DNA of 64,000 bases from an uncultured Alphaproteobacteria bacterium (GCA_945835885.1 CAMAJR010000001.1:7193-71192); one strand, 5' to 3'. Shown: positions 31,365 through 41,373, counted from the first letter of the stretch. Notes: generated by a model not told the origin, from the sequence alone. Made by a program: numbers and translations.

Positions 31365-32222
31365 ATGCAACAAAAAACATTGTCCAAGAAAGTAGAAATC
31401 AGCGGAATCGGTCTGCACAGCGGTTGCGAGAGCAAACTTTTATTTAAGCCGGCACCGATAAATACCGGTATTGTGTTTGTGCGCACGGATTTGAAGGAAC
31501 ATAATCGGTTTCCGGCGCTGTATTCCAATGTGGTTGATACGCGTAATTGCACTTGTTTGGGTAACACCGATAAGCAAATTGTCAGCACGATAGAGCATAT
31601 TATGGCAACTTTGGCGGTTTTGGGGATTGATAATGTCGAAATAGAGGTAAATAATCCGGAAGTACCGATTATGGACGGCAGTGCCAAAGTGTTTTATGAT
31701 ATTTTGAAAAAAGTGCCGCTTGTTGAGCAAAGTGCAGTAAAGAAGTTTTTGAAAATTAAAAAACAGGTTGCGTTTAAAGACGATAAAGGAAATTATGTGA
31801 TTTTGAAACCGGCTGAGACGTTTAAGATACATTTTACGATAGATTTTCCGTCGGCAATTGTCGGGCATCAGGAATTTGTCGGTGATATAATCGAAAAAAA
31901 CTTCGCTACACAAATCGCCCCCTCACGCACGTTTTGCGAAAAATATCAGGTTGATTATTTGCAGTCAATCGGTTTGATTAAGGGCGGAAGTTTAGATAAT
32001 GCGGTAGTGCTTGACGGTGAAACAATTTTGAACGATGGCGGTTTTAGAGTGCAAAATGAATGCGTTAATCATAAAACACTTGATTGCATCGGTGATATGC
32101 TGACTTCGGGATATTATATTATCGGTGAAGTTGAGGCGTTTCACAGCGGTCACTTTCACAATAACGAAGTGTTGAAAAAATTATTTGAAAATACTGAAAA
32201 TTACGAAATTACAGAGGATTAA
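31365..32222 (+). CDS. lpxC: UDP-3-O-acyl-N-acetylglucosamine deacetylase
   Basis: 285 aa. N-terminal QKTLSKKVEISGIGLHSG and full LpxC similarity. Confidence 0.9.
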   Translation: MQQKTLSKKVEISGIGLHSGCESKLLFKPAPINTGIVFVRTDLKEHNRFPALYSNVVDTRNCTCLGNTDKQIVSTIEHIMATLAVLGIDNVEIEVNNPEVPIMDGSAKVFYDILKKVPLVEQSAVKKFLKIKKQVAFKDDKGNYVILKPAETFKIHFTIDFPSAIVGHQEFVGDIIEKNFATQIAPSRTFCEKYQVDYLQSIGLIKGGSLDNAVVLDGETILNDGGFRVQNECVNHKTLDCIGDMLTSGYYIIGEVEAFHSGHFHNNEVLKKLFENTENYEITED

Positions 32223-32223
32223 A

Positions 32224-34098
32224 ATGAAAAAATATTATACGATACTCAGTGCGTTTTTATTGTTGACAGCTTGTTCAAATTCAATCGATTTGCAAACCAT
32301 GTCGGCTGAAGAAATTTATAACTATGCGATGGATGAGCTGGAAAAGACACGTTATGTCAAGGCGGAAACGGCATTTGAAACACTCGAAACCGACCATCCG
32401 TATTCGCAGTGGGCTGTGCGTGCAAAATTGATGGGTGCGTATGCGTATTATAAAGATGAAAAATATGATGAAGCGGTTATGGCTGTAGATCGGTTTATCA
32501 AATATCATCCGGGCAATAAAGATGTGCCGTATGCGTTGTATTTGAAAGGTATGTGCTATTATGACCAGATTTCAGCCGCCGATAAGGATCAGGGAAACAC
32601 GCAAAAAGCAGCAGAAACGTTCACTCTGTTGATGGTTATGTATCCGGATTCGGAATATGCAAAAGATGCGGCAGGCAAAATGAATCTGACGGAAGATTAC
32701 AAAGCCGGTCAGGAAATGATTGTCGGACGCTACTATTTGCATGAAGGTAATTATTTGTCCGCGCTTAATCGGTTTAATGTGGTGCTTGAAAATTATCAAA
32801 AAACCATTCAAATAGAAGAAGCGTTGTATCGTGAAGTTGAAATTTATGCTATTTTCGGTTTGAACAATTATGCAGACGGCTATTTTAAAATCCTGCAAAA
32901 GAATTATCCGGACGGGAAATGGACGGCAAAGGCCGAAAAAATTATGAATAAGATTGGTGCAAAAACTAAACCGAGTAAAGCAATAATGGCACCGACGGTA
33001 TCATCAAACACAAAACAAACGCAAGAAGAAAGCAAAGGTTGGTTCAGCGGTTGGTTCGGCGGTGATGACGACAAAGCCGAAGACGCGAAGGAGGTTATTG
33101 AGCAAAAGGCGGAGTCGGTTGTTCAAAAGAAAGATGCGGCAACTGCCGAAGAACAAGTCAAAGAAGTGAAAGAAGAAAGCAAAGGTTGGTTCAGCGGTTG
33201 GTTCGGCGATGATGACGACAAAGCCGAAGACGCGAAGGAGGTTATTGAGCAAAAGGCGGAGTCGGTTGTTCAAAAGAAAGATGCGGCAACTGCCGAAGAA
33301 CAAGTCAAAGAAGTGAAAGAAGAAAGCAAAGGTTGGTTCAGCGGTTGGTTCGGCGATGATGACGACAAAGCCGAAGACGCGAAGGAGGTTATTGAGCCAA
33401 AGACGGAGCCGGTTGTTCAAAAGAGAGATGCGGCAACCATAGAAAACGAAGAAAAACAAGCGGAAGCACTTGAAAAAATGGTGACAAGGACCGAAGATTC
33501 GGCAAAAGGAGTCGGCAACGAAAACTCCAGTTGGTATAATGACTGGTTTGGCGAAAACGAAACCGAAAAAGAAAAAACGGTAATCGAGCGCGAGAGTTGG
33601 TTCGACGGTTGGTTCGGCAACAGCAAAGAGGAAGTCAAAGAAATTAACGCCGATACTACAGAAAAAGTCGAAAGTGTTGAAAAAGAAAGTCCAACAGTAT
33701 CCGATGCGGACAAAACTAAAGTGGTTAAAACCGATAATGAACAATCGTTGGCGCAAGTGCGTCAAGAATTGCAAAAAATCGTAGATACGGACGATGCCGA
33801 TGCGGAAGAAGCGTATGAACCAAAGGAAAGACGCAGCGGTTGGTTCAGCGGCTGGTTCCACAGCGGTAGCGAAATTAGCGATGATATGGCTCAAAGCAAA
33901 AAAGAAGCCAATGACACCATAAACGAGACATTGGATCAAACGCATAATGAGATGCAGAACGTTGCAAATACGGCAGAGAAAACTGAACAAACGGCAGAAG
34001 ATGCAGAAGATGCTGCCGAGCCGAAAGAAGAGCATCGCGGTTGGTTCAGCGGATTGTTTGGCGGCGGAACTGTGGCGGGTGATGACAACGCAGAGTAG
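32224..34098 (+). CDS. bamD: outer membrane protein assembly factor BamD (lipoprotein) with ~370-aa C-terminal extension carrying reiterated GWFSGWFG motifs
   Basis: Start ATG 32224, 1 nt after the lpxC stop, with GAGGAT RBS. Lipobox LLLTAC. First ~265 aa are TPR-like BamD/YfiO. The remainder is acidic/Lys-rich, with 7 W-F-x-G-(W/L)-F-G motifs and three near-identical 49-aa repeats. Confidence 0.7.
   Translation: MKKYYTILSAFLLLTACSNSIDLQTMSAEEIYNYAMDELEKTRYVKAETAFETLETDHPYSQWAVRAKLMGAYAYYKDEKYDEAVMAVDRFIKYHPGNKDVPYALYLKGMCYYDQISAADKDQGNTQKAAETFTLLMVMYPDSEYAKDAAGKMNLTEDYKAGQEMIVGRYYLHEGNYLSALNRFNVVLENYQKTIQIEEALYREVEIYAIFGLNNYADGYFKILQKNYPDGKWTAKAEKIMNKIGAKTKPSKAIMAPTVSSNTKQTQEESKGWFSGWFGGDDDKAEDAKEVIEQKAESVVQKKDAATAEEQVKEVKEESKGWFSGWFGDDDDKAEDAKEVIEQKAESVVQKKDAATAEEQVKEVKEESKGWFSGWFGDDDDKAEDAKEVIEPKTEPVVQKRDAATIENEEKQAEALEKMVTRTEDSAKGVGNENSSWYNDWFGENETEKEKTVIERESWFDGWFGNSKEEVKEINADTTEKVESVEKESPTVSDADKTKVVKTDNEQSLAQVRQELQKIVDTDDADAEEAYEPKERRSGWFSGWFHSGSEISDDMAQSKKEANDTINETLDQTHNEMQNVANTAEKTEQTAEDAEDAAEPKEEHRGWFSGLFGGGTVAGDDNAE
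33031..33471 (+). repeat. three tandem 147-bp direct repeats inside the bamD 3' region
   Basis: The unit starting agcaaaggttggttcagcgg recurs at 33031, 33178 and 33325 (exact 147-bp period). Copies 1-2 are nearly identical; copy 3 diverges in its second half. Confidence 0.9.
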
Positions 34099-34110
34099 AA
34101 AGGCGCTTTA

Positions 34111-35778
34111 ATGCTGAAATCACTCTCAATCCGAAATGTGATTTTGATTGATAAACTCGATTTAGATTTATCCGGTGGCTTTACTGTGCTCAGCGGTGAA
34201 ACCGGAGCCGGTAAATCTATATTGCTTGATTCGCTCGGGTTGCTTTTGGGACAACGTGCTGAAACATCGATGATTCGGTCGGGTTGTGACAAGCTCAGCG
34301 TCAGCGGTACTTTTGAGTATGCCGATAAAGACGGCGGTTTGGCACGCCTTTGTGCCGAACACGAATTGGAATATGAGCACGATATTTTAATCAGTCGCAC
34401 ATTGTCGCAAGACGGACGCGGCAAAATCTTTTTTAATGACCAGCCGATTACGCAAAAACTCTTGAAAGAAATCGGCTCGTTTTTGGTTGAAGTGCACGGG
34501 CAGTTCGATAATCAAGGGCTGTTGAATCCGGCAACACATTTAAGTGTGTTGGACGGTTATGGACGTTATCCGGCGGCGCTGAGTACGCTAAAGCAGGCCT
34601 ACGCGTGTTATAAAGAGGCGCAGAAAGCCCGTGAGATTGCTGAAAAAAATCTGACAGACGCGCAAACGGAAGAAGAAAATCTACGGCATTGGGTGCAGGA
34701 ATTTGCCGTAATTAAGCCGCGCGAAAATGAGCTTGATGAACTTGAACAAAAACGACAACTGATGATGAATGCCGAAAAATTGGCAGGCAATTTCAGTGCC
34801 GCTTATCAGTCACTTAACGGCTCGGCGCAGAGTGTGCGCGATAGTTTGCGGCAGGCCGAATCGGCAATTTCGCGGATTAACGGCTTAACTGATGACCAGT
34901 TCGTCAATATTTATGAAATGTTAGATACGGCACTGGTAAATGTAACAGAAGCAAGCAACGAAATTGAAAACGCACTCGGTGAAATCAATGTAAATCAAAA
35001 CGAGGCGGATAGTGTGGAAGAGCGTTTGTTCACACTCAAGGATTTGGCGCGCAAACATCATGTGGCTGTTGAAAATTTGCCGAATATTTGGCATGAAATG
35101 GAAGAAAAATTGTTGCATCTTGAACGCGGTGCCGATGATTTGAATGCGTTAAAACGTGCCGAAAAGCAGGCATTTGATGAATATGTTTTGAAAGCTGACG
35201 CTGTGCATTTTGAACGAATCGCGGCGGCCGAAAAATTAGATGCGGCTATGCGGCGTGAATTGCCGGCACTTAAAATGGAAAAGGCCGTATTTCAAACGCA
35301 AATCAATAAAAAAGCTGAAAATATGTGGAACGAAAACGGCTATGATGACGTGTGCTTTATGGTATCGACCAATGTCGGCACGCCTTTCGGCAGTTTAAGC
35401 AAAATCGCCTCGGGCGGCGAATTGGCGCGTTTTATGTTGGCACTTAAGGTTAATTTAGGACAAGCCGGTGCAATCGAAACAATGATTTTTGACGAAGTTG
35501 ATACCGGTATCGGGGGCGCAACGGCGCAGGCAGTCGGTGAAAAATTGGCGCAACTCGGTGCAAACAAGCAGGTTTTGGTGGTAACGCATTCGCCGCAAGT
35601 TGCCGCATTCGGCGCACACCATTTTAAGGTGGAAAAATTCAATGCCGACGGCGCAACCACAACGACGGTGCGTTTGCTCTCCGTAACCGAGAAACAGGAA
35701 GAAATCGCACGGATGCTGTCCGGTGAAATAATCAGTGATGAAGCACGAGCGGCGGCAAAAGTTTTGATTGGAGCGTAA
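34111..35778 (+). CDS. recN: DNA repair protein RecN
   Basis: 555 aa. N-terminal Walker A GETGAGKSILLD, long coiled coils, C-terminal SMC signature/Walker B. Confidence 0.9.
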   Translation: MLKSLSIRNVILIDKLDLDLSGGFTVLSGETGAGKSILLDSLGLLLGQRAETSMIRSGCDKLSVSGTFEYADKDGGLARLCAEHELEYEHDILISRTLSQDGRGKIFFNDQPITQKLLKEIGSFLVEVHGQFDNQGLLNPATHLSVLDGYGRYPAALSTLKQAYACYKEAQKAREIAEKNLTDAQTEEENLRHWVQEFAVIKPRENELDELEQKRQLMMNAEKLAGNFSAAYQSLNGSAQSVRDSLRQAESAISRINGLTDDQFVNIYEMLDTALVNVTEASNEIENALGEINVNQNEADSVEERLFTLKDLARKHHVAVENLPNIWHEMEEKLLHLERGADDLNALKRAEKQAFDEYVLKADAVHFERIAAAEKLDAAMRRELPALKMEKAVFQTQINKKAENMWNENGYDDVCFMVSTNVGTPFGSLSKIASGGELARFMLALKVNLGQAGAIETMIFDEVDTGIGGATAQAVGEKLAQLGANKQVLVVTHSPQVAAFGAHHFKVEKFNADGATTTTVRLLSVTEKQEEIARMLSGEIISDEARAAAKVLIGA

Positions 35779-37584
35779 ATGGCGGGGATTCAACACGGCA
35801 TTGAGGTCATTAAGGGCTATGTCAAAATTGCGCCGACCAACCCAGGTGTTTATCGTATGTTTGATGCTGTCGGCAAAGTTTTGTATGTCGGTAAAGCAAA
35901 AAATATTAAAAAACGAATCGTGGCTTATACGCATTTTGAGCGGCTGCCGGACCATATTAAGCGGATGGTGTCGGAAGTTGAAAAAATGGAGTTTATCATT
36001 GTTGAAAATGAAGCTAAAGCTCTGTTGATGGAAAATGATTTAATCAAAAAACTTGAACCGAAATACAATATTTTGCTCAAAGATGATAAAACATTTCCGC
36101 ACTTAATGATTAACCCGAATGAGGATTTTCCGGCTCTGCGTAAAAGTCGCGGGGCACGACGTGACAAAAGCAAATATTTCGGACCTTTTGCCAGCGCGAC
36201 GGCGGTCAACAATGTGATGGACATTATTCAAAAAACGTTCAGGTTACGCTCGTGTCGTGACAGCGTTTTTCATAATCGGGAACGACCGTGTATGCTATAT
36301 CAAATCAAGCGTTGCAGTGCGCCGTGCGTCGGAAAAATCAGCCGTGAAGATTATCATAAAACGGTAGACGAAGTGATTGCGTTTTTGGCGGGAAAAAACA
36401 GCGCACTTAAAGATAAGTGGTCGGCTCAAATGCAGGCAGCAAGTGATGCCGAAGATTTTGAAACCGCGCTTGTTCTGCGTGACCGAATCAGGACACTGAG
36501 CAGTATTCAGGGCGGGTATAACGTGGAATATGCCGATATTATGTCAGCCGACGCGGTGGCGGCGGTTAAACACAAAAATATGGTTTGTATTCAGGTGTTT
36601 TTTATTCGCTCGGGGCAGAATTGCGGTAATATACCGTATTTTCCGAAGCATGCGGCAGATATGACGGAAGAAGAAATTTTAGAAGGTTTTTTAAGCACTT
36701 TTTATGCCGAACATTTACCGCCGAAAGAAATTTATGTGTCGCACGAATTGGAAAATAAAGAGTTCTTGGAAGATGCCATCGGGACAAAAATCAATCGTTA
36801 TCAAAAAGGAAACAAGGCAAAATTGATAGAGCGGGCGCACGAAAATGCCGTGGCTGCAATAGAGCGCAAATTAGCCGAATCGGCAACGGTGGAATCGAAT
36901 TTAATCGAAATGCAGCGTTGTTTCGATTTGCCGCGCATTCCGCAACGAATTGAGGTTTATGACAATTCACACAATCAAGGCACTTATGCGGTGGGGGCAA
37001 TGATTGTGGCGACGCCGGAAGGGTTTGATAAAAAATCGTATCGCACGTTTAACATCAAATACACCGAAAATACCAATGACGATTTTGCGATGATGAAAGA
37101 AGTTTTAATTCGCCGTTTTGAGCGTATGAGCGATGAAAATCGTCCCGATGTGATATTACTCGACGGCGGGTTGGGACAGCTGCACGCCGTGCACGAAGCA
37201 CTTGCGGATTATGATTTGAGCGGTATTACGATTATTGCGATTTCAAAAGGGCCGGAGCGTAACGCGGGTAAGGAGTTTTATCATATTATGGGACGGGAAA
37301 GTTTTGATTTACCGTTTCAGTCGCCGATAGCGTTTTATATGCAAAATATTCGCGACGAAGCACACCGATTTGCCATCGGCACCCATCGTAAAAAACGCGG
37401 TAAGTCGATGTTTAAATCGGCCGTTGATGAGATTGACGGAATCGGCGCCAAGCGCAAGCGTGATTTGCTGAACTTTTTCGGCTCGGTCGAACAAATTAAG
37501 GCGGCGAGCGTGACTGACTTAATGAAAGTCGGCGGTATCAGCAAAAAAACGGCGGAAAAAATATATAAATACTTTCATAATTGA
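35779..37584 (+). CDS. uvrC: excinuclease ABC subunit C
   Basis: 601 aa. GIY-YIG N-terminus (PGVYRMFD...LYVGKAKNIKKR), UvrBC-interaction region, RNase-H-like and HhH C-terminus. Starts immediately after the recN stop. Confidence 0.9.
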   Translation: MAGIQHGIEVIKGYVKIAPTNPGVYRMFDAVGKVLYVGKAKNIKKRIVAYTHFERLPDHIKRMVSEVEKMEFIIVENEAKALLMENDLIKKLEPKYNILLKDDKTFPHLMINPNEDFPALRKSRGARRDKSKYFGPFASATAVNNVMDIIQKTFRLRSCRDSVFHNRERPCMLYQIKRCSAPCVGKISREDYHKTVDEVIAFLAGKNSALKDKWSAQMQAASDAEDFETALVLRDRIRTLSSIQGGYNVEYADIMSADAVAAVKHKNMVCIQVFFIRSGQNCGNIPYFPKHAADMTEEEILEGFLSTFYAEHLPPKEIYVSHELENKEFLEDAIGTKINRYQKGNKAKLIERAHENAVAAIERKLAESATVESNLIEMQRCFDLPRIPQRIEVYDNSHNQGTYAVGAMIVATPEGFDKKSYRTFNIKYTENTNDDFAMMKEVLIRRFERMSDENRPDVILLDGGLGQLHAVHEALADYDLSGITIIAISKGPERNAGKEFYHIMGRESFDLPFQSPIAFYMQNIRDEAHRFAIGTHRKKRGKSMFKSAVDEIDGIGAKRKRDLLNFFGSVEQIKAASVTDLMKVGGISKKTAEKIYKYFHN

Positions 37585-37647
37585 AAAATTTGTTTATAGT
37601 AAAAACAGAATTAACGTTAATTTTTTGTTTTTGTATGGGAGGCTCTC

Positions 37648-38352
37648 GTGTATAATTTACCGAATATTCTGACGATTTCAAGAATTATGGTGATACCGCT
37701 GATTTTTATGTCGGTATTTCAGTTTGCGCCATTTAATACTTATGCTTGGGCAATGTTTGCGGGCGCTTTGTTTATTGCTGCTTCAATTACGGACTATCTT
37801 GACGGTTATTTGGCGCGTGCGTGGAATCAAACATCGGCGTTCGGTCGTTTGTTGGACCCGATTGCCGATAAACTTTTGGTGGCAACGGCTTTGGTGGTGA
37901 TTTTGGTAAAGCCGGATATGTATACGTGGAATTATACGGTTATTGCCGTGTTTGTAATTTTATGCCGAGAAATATTGGTGTCCGGATTGCGCGAATTTTT
38001 GCGTGAGGTTAATGTCGGTTTGCCGGTAACAAAATTGGCTAAATGGAAAACAACGTTCCAAATGACGGCGCTTGCGATGATGCTGTTCAAAGATTTGTGG
38101 ATTTGGTGGAGCTATGTCGGCGAAGGGTTGCTTTGGGTTGCCGCAGTTCTGACGTTTATTACCGGCTATCAGTATTATCAAAAGAGTTTGGATTACGTCA
38201 AAGAGGAAGAAGAACGCAGACGGAATCCGATTAAAAAAATGGCATCGGCGGTTAAAGCGGTTGCCGAAAAAATGACAAGTAAAGCGGCAGTTTCCAAAAA
38301 ATCAAAATCGGTTAAAAATTCAAAAATCGGGGCGAACGACAAGAAGGCATAA
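37648..38352 (+). CDS. pgsA: CDP-diacylglycerol--glycerol-3-phosphate 3-phosphatidyltransferase
   Basis: 234 aa. GTG start. CDP-alcohol phosphatidyltransferase motif DGYLAR...G...DPIADK. Lys-rich C-terminal tail. Confidence 0.8.
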   Translation: MYNLPNILTISRIMVIPLIFMSVFQFAPFNTYAWAMFAGALFIAASITDYLDGYLARAWNQTSAFGRLLDPIADKLLVATALVVILVKPDMYTWNYTVIAVFVILCREILVSGLREFLREVNVGLPVTKLAKWKTTFQMTALAMMLFKDLWIWWSYVGEGLLWVAAVLTFITGYQYYQKSLDYVKEEEERRRNPIKKMASAVKAVAEKMTSKAAVSKKSKSVKNSKIGANDKKA

Positions 38353-38364
38353 GGATAAACGCCG

Positions 38365-39054
38365 ATGATGAGTGATTGTCCGCATATTTTGGTTATTGAT
38401 GACGATGCACGTTTGCGTGCTTTGTTGCAACGTTATTTGCAGGAAAACGGTTTTGCCGTGACCGGTGCCAAAGATGCCGAAAATGCGAGAATGTTCTTAA
38501 GGCAATATTGTTTTAGTTTGCTGATTGTTGATGTGATGATGCCTAATGAAACCGGTATTGAATTTTTGCACAAATTCAGAAAAGAGAGCGATATTCCGGC
38601 GATTGTGTTGACCGCTATGGGAGAAACTGAGGACCGTATTGTCGGTTTAGAGGCCGGTGCCGATGATTATCTGCCAAAGCCGTTTGAACCAAAAGAATTA
38701 GTGCTGCGAATTAATAATATATTGCGCCGCGTTCCGACCAAGCAAAAAGAAAATGTGCAGATTTTGAAGTTTGGCGAATGTAGTTATGATTTAAACACAA
38801 AAGAATTCAGCCGTCGTGATGTCGGCACAATCCATATTACGCCGGTAGAACAATCGATTTTGAGCATTTTAGGGCAAAAAAACGGGCAGATTTTTACGCG
38901 TGAACGATTGGCGGAGTTACTCGGCGTCGGACAAAGTCCGCGCTCGATTGATGTGCAAATCACGCGCTTGCGTAAAAAAATCGAAGCAGATTCAAAAAAT
39001 CCGCGCTATTTGCAAACAGTGCGCGGTAAAGGTTATATGTTGTTAACAGAATAG
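38365..39054 (+). CDS. OmpR-family two-component response regulator
   Basis: 229 aa. Receiver domain (ILVIDDD...D at the phospho-acceptor position) plus winged-helix trans_reg_C (RLRKKIE...RGKGYML). Confidence 0.85.
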   Translation: MMSDCPHILVIDDDARLRALLQRYLQENGFAVTGAKDAENARMFLRQYCFSLLIVDVMMPNETGIEFLHKFRKESDIPAIVLTAMGETEDRIVGLEAGADDYLPKPFEPKELVLRINNILRRVPTKQKENVQILKFGECSYDLNTKEFSRRDVGTIHITPVEQSILSILGQKNGQIFTRERLAELLGVGQSPRSIDVQITRLRKKIEADSKNPRYLQTVRGKGYMLLTE

Positions 39055-39063
39055 GAGAGAAAA

Positions 39064-40419
39064 ATGCACGTTAGATTTCCAAAAAAGATTGATGGGTTTT
39101 TGTCGTGGATGAAACGAAAGTTTGTGCCGAAAACGATGTTCTTCAGAACAATGTTGCTGATTTTTGTGCCGCTGATTGTGGTGCAAGTGGTGTCGATTTA
39201 TACGTTTTTGAACAGCAGTTGGACGCGTGTCGGACGCAAACTTTCCGATAATATGGCCGAGAATATGGCATTTATTATTCAAATGCATAATGAAGATTTT
39301 GATTTTGAGCGTATTAAAACAATGGCGGCAACACAATATGGGCTTGATGTCAGTTTTTATGATAATGACAGCAAGCATTCTGTTTGGCGTGAAAATAAAA
39401 AACACGACCAGTTTGCAACGCGCTATTTTAATGAGGCATTAGATAGAAAATTTCCGGTGGCAAATACGGAAGTTTTCTTAACATCGCATCACTCGAATTT
39501 GAATGTGTTGATAGATACCGACAACGGGCTGTATGTGTTTAACACGCCGGTGAAAAATATTTTCAGCACGTCGATTTTCGGTTTTGTGCTGTGGATGATT
39601 GGCAGCGCGCTGTTTTTGTTTGTGGTTGCGGCATTATTCTTGCGGATTCAAGTGCGTTCGATTGCGCAATTGGCTGATGCGGCAGAGGATTTCGGTAAAG
39701 GTATCAATACCAAGTTTAAGCCATACGGCTCGGTTGAAGTGCGTCGTGCCGGTTTGGCCTTTACTAAAATGAAAGAGCGCATTTTACGTCAGATTTCTGA
39801 GCGCACACAAATGCTTGCCGGTGTTTCGCACGATTTGCGCACACCGTTGACTCGAATGAAATTGCAAATGGCAATGCTTCCGGACAGCAAAGAAAATCAG
39901 GAGTTTGTGCAGGATATCAACGAGATGGAGAAAATGCTCGACGGCTATTTGGCGTTTGTTAGCGGTGAGGGGGGCGAAAAGTCGACCTTTATCGACCTTA
40001 ACGAGATGATCTCAAGCATTATCGGCAAATATCGCAAAAATTCAAATGCTATGATTCGGTTTGCAACGAACTATGATGTGAGTGCCGTGCAGGGACGTGA
40101 GCAAGCGTTACGCCGTGCAATTACCAATGTGATTGAAAACGCATTCCATTACGGCAAAACGATTGCGGTGCATCTCGATAGTGATGCAAAGCACGTTCAG
40201 CTCAGTATTGATGATGACGGACCGGGTATTCCGGCGGATAAACGCGATGATGTGTTTAAGGCGTTTTACCGTGTTGACGGCTCTCGCAATAAAGAAACCG
40301 GCGGTGTCGGTTTGGGGCTTTCGATTGCGAAAGATGTGGTGGTTTCTCACGGCGGTTCAATAGAATTGTCCGACAGCGAATTAGGAGGCTTGAGGGTTCT
40401 CATTACTTTGCCCTTATAG
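39064..40419 (+). CDS. EnvZ-like sensor histidine kinase
   Basis: 451 aa. Two TM helices flanking a periplasmic domain, a HAMP linker, H-box SHDLRTPLTRM, N/G1/G2 boxes (GGVGLGLSIAKDVV). Confidence 0.85.
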   Translation: MHVRFPKKIDGFLSWMKRKFVPKTMFFRTMLLIFVPLIVVQVVSIYTFLNSSWTRVGRKLSDNMAENMAFIIQMHNEDFDFERIKTMAATQYGLDVSFYDNDSKHSVWRENKKHDQFATRYFNEALDRKFPVANTEVFLTSHHSNLNVLIDTDNGLYVFNTPVKNIFSTSIFGFVLWMIGSALFLFVVAALFLRIQVRSIAQLADAAEDFGKGINTKFKPYGSVEVRRAGLAFTKMKERILRQISERTQMLAGVSHDLRTPLTRMKLQMAMLPDSKENQEFVQDINEMEKMLDGYLAFVSGEGGEKSTFIDLNEMISSIIGKYRKNSNAMIRFATNYDVSAVQGREQALRRAITNVIENAFHYGKTIAVHLDSDAKHVQLSIDDDGPGIPADKRDDVFKAFYRVDGSRNKETGGVGLGLSIAKDVVVSHGGSIELSDSELGGLRVLITLPL

Positions 40420-40490
40420 ACGGCTGAGCAAATATATTCGTCGCACCACATATTCGTGGTAAAATGCGGATAACGGATTATGTCTGAAAA

Positions 40491-40617
40491 CCTGACCGTC
40501 ACTGAGGAGGCGGATGCCGACGTGAGGATTTTATGCGTTGCCGTGCGGCCTTTGGCATTATAAAACGGCAATATAATCACTTTGCGGTGATTGCACGGCG
40601 TTTTAGGAGATTCTTCA
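40491..40617 (+). repeat. copy A of a ~130-bp structured repeat element (inverted partner at 43830..43957)
   Basis: About 80-85% identity to the reverse complement of 43830..43957. Contains nested hairpins (ttgccg/cggcaa; aatcac-tttgcg-gtgatt; gccgtgc/gcacggc). Shared core atgccgacgtgag. Confidence 0.6.
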
Positions 40618-40714
40618 TTTCTCTGACGCTGCATTCAGAATCGCGTGCTTTTGCTCAATGCCTCGGGCGTTATAAAGAGACAAGATAATCATTTTTTTAT
40701 TTAACAGGGCGTAA

Positions 40715-40751
40715 AGAAAAAATCCTTCAGTGTGATGCTGAAGGATTTTTG
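40715..40751. terminator. perfect 10-bp hairpin with flanking A/T runs (bidirectional terminator)
   Basis: aatccttcag-tgtgatg-ctgaaggatt, then TTTT; A-run upstream. Confidence 0.5.
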
Positions 40752-40767
40752 CAAAATATTTCTTATT

Positions 40768-40956
40768 TTATTTTTTGCCGCCGCGGCCGCCGCTCTTTTG
40801 TTCAAGCAAAGCATTGATAAGCGCATCGTTACGGATAGAAGAGCCCTTTGGCGGTTTCTTCTTTTCCGACTCCGGCTGCTTTTGGGAAATTTGTTCTTCA
40901 TCAGGATTATTAGGAGCAGGAAATTCGTAAGTTTTTCCCGAAATTGTGATAGTCAC
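40768..40956 (-). CDS. hypothetical small Lys/Pro-rich protein (GTG start)
   Basis: 62 aa. GTG start preceded by GAGGAAGA. Lies between the small lipoprotein gene and a terminator. Weak support. Confidence 0.25.
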   Translation of the reverse strand: MTITISGKTYEFPAPNNPDEEQISQKQPESEKKKPPKGSSIRNDALINALLEQKSGGRGGKK

Positions 40957-41040
40957 GCGCTCTTCCTCTGTATGAGGCGTGAAAAAGTTATTACTGTTAT
41001 CAATAGTGTCCGAATGGATTGTTGGACGTTTTGTTTCTGT

Positions 41041-41244
41041 TCATTTTCTGTCATCGGATTCTCTGCCATCGGATTTTCCGCTTTTTTCAGCAGTCCAATT
41101 TTCAAAATTATTTGTTGACAATTCTGTCTGCGTTTTTTTATTTTCTTCTTGGTTCTCGTTTTTGTTCTCGCAAGATGTTAAAACGAGAACGCCGGCAATA
41201 GACATAACTGTCCCCATTGCAATTTGTTTCCATTTATCAGCCAT
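41041..41244 (-). CDS. small acidic lipoprotein
   Basis: 67 aa: MADKWKQIAMGTVMSIAGVLVLTSC... Lipobox VLTSC. AAGGAG RBS 7 nt upstream of the ATG at 41244. The ORF-track start at 41268 is less likely. Confidence 0.4.
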   Translation of the reverse strand: MADKWKQIAMGTVMSIAGVLVLTSCENKNENQEENKKTQTELSTNNFENWTAEKSGKSDGRESDDRK

Positions 41245-41373
41245 TGTTTTTCTCCTTATAATGCTCAATTATAACTTCATTTTATTTTACTGTTAGACAA
41301 AAGTTAAGTTTTTTTTACAAAAAAAAGACCGAATTGCTTCGGTTTTTAAGAATTTTTGTTGACTTTTAGACTT

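Noticed and set aside
33031-33471. CRISPR array candidates (regular tandem repeats)
   Set aside because: All regular repeats in the window are in-frame within coding sequences (bamD tail, 770-aa protein, giant gene) with no unique spacers. No cas genes.
33004-34035. 343-aa antisense ORF inside bamD
   Set aside because: Open frame generated by the 147-bp tandem repeats on the opposite strand of a well-supported gene.
40347-40634. 95-aa ORF and its counterpart 43711..43950 (79 aa) with similar peptides
   Set aside because: Both merely translate the two copies of the ~130-bp structured repeat. No RBS. They overlap hairpins. Interpreted as non-coding repeat.
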